Assembly (NCBI GenBank): GCA_032122215.1
Contig: JAUMCZ010000031.1
Span: 7,131 to 71,130 of the forward strand
Direction: 5' to 3'
DNA: 64,000 nucleotides
Source: Caulobacter sp.
GTDB taxonomy: Bacteria > Pseudomonadota > Alphaproteobacteria > Caulobacterales > Caulobacteraceae
Position numbers and translations under genes: made by a program. Numbering within the stretch: the first letter of the stretch is position 1; each line of letters starts with the position of its first letter. A model generated the notes under the pieces. It was not told the origin of the DNA and searched no databases. It saw only the letters and a list, made by a program, of their open reading frames with translations. Shown here piece by piece: positions 58,929-64,000 of the stretch.

Positions 58929-60028
58929 TCGGTGTCGATCGGCGTCGCATTGGGTGGGAGCGCCGCCGAGTCTTCCCCCGCCACAGCCCGCGCCACGCTG
59001 ACCATGAAGTCCTGCCGCGCTTTCAACGGCTGGCGGGTCGCCCCGATCATCACCGCCACGGCATAGACGCGCCCGTCCGGGGCGGTGATCAGGCCGACGT
59101 CATTGTAGCCGGTGGCCAGCGATCCCATGACCTGGCCCGTGCCGGTCTTGTGGGCGAGCTTCCAGCCGGCCGGCAGCCCCGCCCGCAGGCGTCCACCCCC
59201 GGTGACACTGCCGCCCATGACGCCCAGCATCTCGGCCGTCGACCCGGCCGATAGCAGCTCGCCGCGTTGCAGCCGGCTCAAGGCCTCGACGATGCCCAAC
59301 GGCGTCGCCGCATCGGGCGGGTCGGCCAGATAGGCGTCCAGCGCGGCCTTCCGCTTCGCCGCAGGCAGCGCCTCCCGCTCGTCCCAGAACGTCCGGTCAA
59401 AGCTGTACTCCGGCTTCCAGCTCAGCCCCGCCGCCGCGGTCTGCATGTCGCGCTCGCCAGGTCCAAAACGAATGCCATCCAGGTTGCGCCCGACGATGGC
59501 CACCTGCACGGCGAACGGCCCGCCCAGCCGCTTCACCAACGCATCGTTGGCGGCGTTGTCGCTCTGCTGCAGCGCCCCCTCCATGAGGCTGCGCAGCGAG
59601 GTGGTGTAGCCGGTCTCTCCGACATACCTGCGGATCGGCTGATGAAAGAGGCTGAGGTCTTCCTTGCGGACCGTGATCCGTTCGTCGAGACCAAGTTCGC
59701 CCCGGTCGGCCGCCGCCAGGATGGCCATCGACACCCACAGTTTGCTGACGCTTTGCTGGGGCATCGCCCGGTCGCCGTTGATACTGACCGTCCAGTCGGC
59801 GTCCAGCCGCCGCACCGCGACGCCGACGTCACCCGGAAATTGCAGGGTCAGCGCCCGCAAACCCTGCTCAAGACGGTCGGCCTCGCTCAGGGACCGGATC
59901 GGCGGCGCCTGCAGCCGATTGGAGATCAGCAGAACGTCGCCCTCGTTGATCGGCGCGGCCGAAGCGACGGCGAGCACTGTCGCCCCCAGCGCCATCCGTC
60001 CCAGCCATGCTCGCAACCGCTCGCCCAT
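58925..60028 (-). CDS. bla: Class A beta-lactamase-like serine hydrolase (resembles sphingomonad SGM-type enzymes)
   Basis: QQSVSKLWV (SxxK), QSDN, PGERDMQ (E166-like), HKTGTG, NDVG; signal peptide. Confidence 0.85.
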   Translation of the reverse strand: MGERLRAWLGRMALGATVLAVASAAPINEGDVLLISNRLQAPPIRSLSEADRLEQGLRALTLQFPGDVGVAVRRLDADWTVSINGDRAMPQQSVSKLWVSMAILAAADRGELGLDERITVRKEDLSLFHQPIRRYVGETGYTTSLRSLMEGALQQSDNAANDALVKRLGGPFAVQVAIVGRNLDGIRFGPGERDMQTAAAGLSWKPEYSFDRTFWDEREALPAAKRKAALDAYLADPPDAATPLGIVEALSRLQRGELLSAGSTAEMLGVMGGSVTGGGRLRAGLPAGWKLAHKTGTGQVMGSLATGYNDVGLITAPDGRVYAVAVMIGATRQPLKARQDFMVSVARAVAGEDSAALPPNATPIDTD

Positions 60029-60121
60029 GGCGCATTGAACCACCACCGGCCCGCCTCGCGAAGTGGCTTGCCGCGAAGGGCGAATTGGCTATGTTGCGCG
60101 GCCCCGGTCCAGCCGGGCGAT

Positions 60122-60196
60122 GCGGCCGTAGTTCAGAGGTAGAACGTCAGCTTCCCAAGCTGAATGTCGGGGGTTCGATTCCCCCCGGCCGCTCCA
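60122..60196 (+). tRNA. tRNA-Gly(CCC)
   Basis: Cloverleaf: GCGGCCG/CGGCCGC acceptor, TCAGC-TTCCCAA-GCTGA anticodon arm, GGGGG-TTCGATT-CCCCC T arm, encoded CCA. Confidence 0.95.
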
Positions 60197-60314
60197 GTTT
60201 TCCCGACAATTCGCAGACTTCCCCGCCGCCTGGCGTCGTTGGACCCTTGCAGGGCGGGCCGAAGCGTCGTGTGCTGTGCGGCAACAAGAACAGACACGGC
60301 ATCGGGAGGACTTC

Positions 60315-61364
60315 GTGAAAGGTCCGGCGATTTTTCTGGCGCAGTTCGCTTCTGACGAGCCGCCGTTCAACAGCCTGAAGTCCATCGCCGAATGGGCCGG
60401 GGGGCTGGGCTACAAGGGCGTGCAGATTCCCACCTGGGACCGACGCCTGTTCGATCTCAGGCTGGCGGCGGAAAGCGACGCCTACTGCGATGAGGTGCGC
60501 GGCGTTCTGGCCGATGCCGGCCTCGAGGTTTCCGAACTGTCGACCCACAGTCAGGGGCAGCTGGTCGCGGTTCATCCGGCCTATGACGAGATGTTCGACG
60601 GCGGCGTCCCCCGCGAGGTGCGCGGCAATCCCAAGGCCCGTCAGGCCTGGGCCGTGGAACAGGTCCTGCTCGGCGCCAAGGCCTCGCGGCGGATGGGCCT
60701 CGACGCCCATGTGACCTTCTCCGGCTCGCTGGCCTGGCCCTATTTCTACCCCTACCCGCAACGCCCGGCCGGGCTGATCGAGGAAGCCTTCGACGAGCTG
60801 GGGCGGCGCTGGCGGCCCATCCTCGACGCCTTCGAGGATGTGGGAGTCGACCTCTGCTATGAGGTCCATCCGAGCGAGGACCTGTTCGACGGGACGACGG
60901 TGGAGATGTTCTGGGACCGCGTGGACCACCATCCCCGCGCCTGCCTGCTCTACGATCCCAGCCACTTCCTGCTGCAGCAGCTGGACTATCTGGAATACAT
61001 CGACCTCTACCACGACCGCATAAAGATGTTTCACGTCAAGGACGCCGAGTTCCGGCCGACCGGGCGGCAGGGCGTCTACAGCGGCTACGCGCCCTGGAAG
61101 GAACGGGCCGGACGGTTCCGGTCGCTCGGCGACGGCCAGATCGATTTCAAGGCCATCTTCTCCAAGTTCGCCCAGTACGGATACAAGGGCTGGGCCGTGC
61201 TGGAGTGGGAGTGCGCGCTGAAAGACCCGGTCGACGGGGCCCGCGAAGGCGCGCCCTTCATCCGCGACCACATCATCAAGGCCACCGGCAAGAGCTTCGA
61301 TGACTTCCTGGCCACCGGCGTCGACCAGGCGGCCAACCGCAGGATGCTCGGCCTTGACCGCTAG
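60315..61364 (+). CDS. Sugar phosphate isomerase/epimerase family TIM-barrel protein (AP endonuclease 2-like)
   Basis: GPAIFLAQF, YEVHPSED, YDPSHF, FHVKDAE, GDGQIDF, VLEWEC; GGAGG RBS before GTG. Confidence 0.88.
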   Translation: MKGPAIFLAQFASDEPPFNSLKSIAEWAGGLGYKGVQIPTWDRRLFDLRLAAESDAYCDEVRGVLADAGLEVSELSTHSQGQLVAVHPAYDEMFDGGVPREVRGNPKARQAWAVEQVLLGAKASRRMGLDAHVTFSGSLAWPYFYPYPQRPAGLIEEAFDELGRRWRPILDAFEDVGVDLCYEVHPSEDLFDGTTVEMFWDRVDHHPRACLLYDPSHFLLQQLDYLEYIDLYHDRIKMFHVKDAEFRPTGRQGVYSGYAPWKERAGRFRSLGDGQIDFKAIFSKFAQYGYKGWAVLEWECALKDPVDGAREGAPFIRDHIIKATGKSFDDFLATGVDQAANRRMLGLDR

Positions 61365-62487
61365 CCGGCTGAAGCTCGGCATGGTCGGCGGCGGCGACGG
61401 CGCCTTCATCGGCGGGGTTCACCGCATGGCCGCGAGGCTTGATGGTCGCTGGGACCTGGTCGCCGGGGCGTTCAGCAGTGAGCCGGCGCGTTCCCGGGCG
61501 TTTGGCCGATCGTTGGGGCTGGCCGATGAGCGCTGCTACGGCGACTGGAGCGAGATGGCGCAGGCCGAGGCAGGCCGGCCGGACCGTATCGACGCTGTCG
61601 CCATCGTCACGCCCAACCATCTGCACCACGGCCCGGCGAAGGCCTTTCTGCAGGCCGGCATCGCGGTCATCTGCGACAAACCCCTGACCAACTCGCTGTC
61701 AGACGCGCTGGACCTGGAAGCCGTCGCCAGGCGCTCAGGCGCGCCCTTTGTCCTGACCCACAACTACAGTGGCTACGCGATGGTTCGCCAGATGCGGACC
61801 ATGGTCGCGGACGGCGTGCTGGGGAGCCTTCGTGTCATCCAGGCAGAGTATGCCCAGGACTGGCTGGCCAGCGACCTTACCGGCAACAAGCAGGCCGACT
61901 GGCGCGGCGATCCGGCCCGGGCCGGGGCCGGCGGGGCGCTTGGCGACATCGCCACCCATGCCTACCACCTGGCGACCTTCGTGACGGGCCAGACGGCTGA
62001 GGCCATCAGCGCCGAGACGTCGCGCTTCGTCCCAGGTCGGCGGCTCGATGACGACGTGCAGATCCGCCTGCGCTGGGCCGGCGGGGCGCGCGGCCAGCTG
62101 TGGGCCAGCCAGGTCGCTATCGGCGTCGCCAACGGCCTGCGCCTGCGGGTCTACGGGGACAAGGCGGCGCTGGAATGGGCGCAGGAGGAGCCGGACCTGC
62201 TGCTCTTCAGCCGGCTCGGAGAAGCGCCGCAGATGCTGCGCCGGGGCGGACCTGGCCTGTCGTCGGCGGCCATGGCGGCGACCCGTATCCCGGCCGGGCA
62301 TCCCGAGGGCTACCTCGAAGGATTCGCCCAGATCTACGCGGATGCGGCCGACCTGATCGGCGGCGGCGCGGCGCCGATGCTGCCCGGCATCGCTGACGGG
62401 GTCGCAGGCATGCGCTTCATCGAGGCGGCCGTGGCCAGCGCAGCGGAAGACGGGCGCTGGGTGGCCCTGAACGAGGGGGCGGCATGA
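61354..62487 (+). CDS. Gfo/Idh/MocA family NAD-dependent oxidoreductase
   Basis: LGMVGGG.GAFIG, IVTPNHLH, ICDKP, GDIATH, PAGHPEGY; TTG start overlapping the previous stop. Confidence 0.9.
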   Translation: MTASRLKLGMVGGGDGAFIGGVHRMAARLDGRWDLVAGAFSSEPARSRAFGRSLGLADERCYGDWSEMAQAEAGRPDRIDAVAIVTPNHLHHGPAKAFLQAGIAVICDKPLTNSLSDALDLEAVARRSGAPFVLTHNYSGYAMVRQMRTMVADGVLGSLRVIQAEYAQDWLASDLTGNKQADWRGDPARAGAGGALGDIATHAYHLATFVTGQTAEAISAETSRFVPGRRLDDDVQIRLRWAGGARGQLWASQVAIGVANGLRLRVYGDKAALEWAQEEPDLLLFSRLGEAPQMLRRGGPGLSSAAMAATRIPAGHPEGYLEGFAQIYADAADLIGGGAAPMLPGIADGVAGMRFIEAAVASAAEDGRWVALNEGAA

Positions 62488-63245
62488 TGCGGCAGAGCTT
62501 TGCCTGGTGGTCGTTCACGATGGGACGCGAGATCGATCCGGCCACCTTCCTTGCGCAGGCGGCGGCGGCGGGCGCCAAGGGTGTCGAGATGTTGCCTGAG
62601 GACCTGTGGCCGATCGCCCGGGATCTAGGCCTGTCGATCGTCACCCTGACCGGCCACAAGCTGGAAGAAGGCTTCAACGATCCGGCCCGCCACCCTGCCC
62701 TGCAGGCCGAGGTGCGCCGCAATATCGACGCGGCGGCCAGGGGCGGCTGCGAGCAGGTCATCGTCTTCGCCGGCAACCGTTTCGGCGACGGTGACGACGA
62801 GCGGGCCATCGCCGCCTGCGTCGAGGGTCTGGCGCCCGTGGTCGCCGATGCGGAGAGCGCCGGCGTCCAGCTGCTCATGGAACTGCTGAACAGCAAGGTC
62901 GACCATCCGGGCCAGCAGTGCGACCGCACCGACTTCGGCGCGGCGGTGGCGCGCGGCGTGGGATCGTCGGCCCTGAAGCTGCTCTACGACGGCTATCACA
63001 TGCAGCTGATGGAAGGCGACCTCAGCCGCACCATCAAGGCCAACCTGGACATCATCGGCCATATCCACACGGCCGGCGCGCCCGGCCGGCGTGATCTCGA
63101 CGACCGCCAGGAGATCAACTGGCGCGGCGTCGCCGGTATGCTGAAGCATCAGGGCTACGACCGCTGGGTCGGGCATGAATTCATTCCGCGCGGCGAGCCG
63201 ATCGCCGCGCTCAAGCAGGCGATAGACCTGTTCAATCAAGCCTAG
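62484..63245 (+). CDS. Hydroxypyruvate isomerase-like TIM-barrel protein
   Basis: ELLNSKVDHPG, LLYDGYHMQLMEGD, HIHTAGAPGRRD, GHEFIP. Confidence 0.88.
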   Translation: MMRQSFAWWSFTMGREIDPATFLAQAAAAGAKGVEMLPEDLWPIARDLGLSIVTLTGHKLEEGFNDPARHPALQAEVRRNIDAAARGGCEQVIVFAGNRFGDGDDERAIAACVEGLAPVVADAESAGVQLLMELLNSKVDHPGQQCDRTDFGAAVARGVGSSALKLLYDGYHMQLMEGDLSRTIKANLDIIGHIHTAGAPGRRDLDDRQEINWRGVAGMLKHQGYDRWVGHEFIPRGEPIAALKQAIDLFNQA

Positions 63246-63255
63246 GGGGGATGCG

Positions 63256-64000
63256 ATGGCGTTCGACGCGATTGTCGTTGGGTCAGGGATAAGCGGCGGC
63301 TGGGTCGCCAAGGAGCTGTGCCAGCGCGGCCTGAAAGTGCTGATGCTGGAGCGCGGGCCGGACATCGAGCACGGCGGGCCGGACTACAGCAAGGATACCG
63401 CCCTTCGCCTGCATCCCAGCGAGGACCAGGTGTCGGACGAGGACAAGGCCCTGCACTATCCCTATTACGAAGGGGTTTCCTACGCCCTGTTCAACTCCAA
63501 CCGGAAGTTCTGGGCCAGCGACCACGACCATCCCTATGAGACCGTGCCCGGAAAGCCTTACCGCTGGATCCGCGGCTATCACCTTGGCGGCCGCTCGCTG
63601 ACCTGGGCGCGGCAGTCCTACCGCTGGGCGCCGCAGGACTTCGAGTCCAACGCGAAAGACGGCCACGGCGTCGACTGGCCGATCCGCTATGAGGATCTCG
63701 AGCCCTGGTATGACCACGTCGAGGCCTTCGCCGGGGTCAGCGGCAACTACGACGAAATCCCCCAGCTGCCCGACGGCGACTTCCTGCCGCCCTTCCCGTT
63801 CAACTGCGTCGAGGAGGCGGTGAAGGCGAGGATCGAGGACGCCTTCCCGACCCGCCGGATGATCATGGGCCGCACGGCCAACCTCAGCCGGATCACCAAG
63901 GCTCAGATGGATGTCGGCCGCCAGAAGTGCGAGCAGCATGTGAAGTGCCATCACGGTTGCCAGATCGGCAGCTACTTCTCTTCGCTTGCCGCCACCCTGC
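63256..64000 (+). CDS. GMC-family flavoprotein oxidoreductase (glucoside 3-dehydrogenase/LacA-like), truncated by the window end
   Basis: MAFDAIVVGSGISGGWVAKEL, LMLERG, WIRGYHLGGRSLTW.RQSYR, DWPIRY..L.PWYD; not in the ORF track because no stop is reached. Confidence 0.88.
   Translation, partial: MAFDAIVVGSGISGGWVAKELCQRGLKVLMLERGPDIEHGGPDYSKDTALRLHPSEDQVSDEDKALHYPYYEGVSYALFNSNRKFWASDHDHPYETVPGKPYRWIRGYHLGGRSLTWARQSYRWAPQDFESNAKDGHGVDWPIRYEDLEPWYDHVEAFAGVSGNYDEIPQLPDGDFLPPFPFNCVEEAVKARIEDAFPTRRMIMGRTANLSRITKAQMDVGRQKCEQHVKCHHGCQIGSYFSSLAATL

Noticed and set aside
60122-60314. tRNA-Gly as the attachment site of an island carrying the sugar cluster
   Set aside because: No integrase follows the tRNA, there is no obvious compositional shift, and no duplicated tRNA 3' end appears within the window.

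Overview
GC-rich alphaproteobacterial chromosome segment. Gene content, gene order and GCTANAWC-type -10 elements point to Caulobacteraceae (Caulobacter/Phenylobacterium-like; inference). It is mostly core genome: trmJ, thiS, aroQ-accB-accC-aat, aspS, hdaA-ppk1-ppx, rnd, purMN, ndk, an ABC-F gene, holC-pepA, lptFGD-surA-pdxA-rsmA, fabD-fabG-acpP-fabF-mltG-yicC-gmk, rpsF-rpsR-rplI, dnaB and tRNA-Gly(CCC). Accessory genes are interspersed: two class A beta-lactamase-like genes, a BVMO-type monooxygenase, an autotransporter, VWA, HAD and GNAT proteins, an HWE histidine kinase, and the start of a glycoside-3-oxidation-type sugar cluster. No integrase, transposase, prophage or CRISPR array is visible. 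The best candidate for undescribed biology is an intact 846-aa class II ribonucleotide reductase (NrdJ) homologue. It appears to lack all catalytic cysteines, keeps a well-conserved TSCPD domain and Zn ribbon, has NrdR-box-like and DnaA-box-like sites upstream, and is followed by two exported pentapeptide-repeat proteins. Also notable: a 26-bp AT-rich palindrome present twice, 35 kb apart, each copy next to a helically phased short-repeat array; three families of REP/MITE-like inverted-repeat elements; and a GNAT gene with no canonical start codon. All family assignments come from motif recognition by eye; no searches were run.
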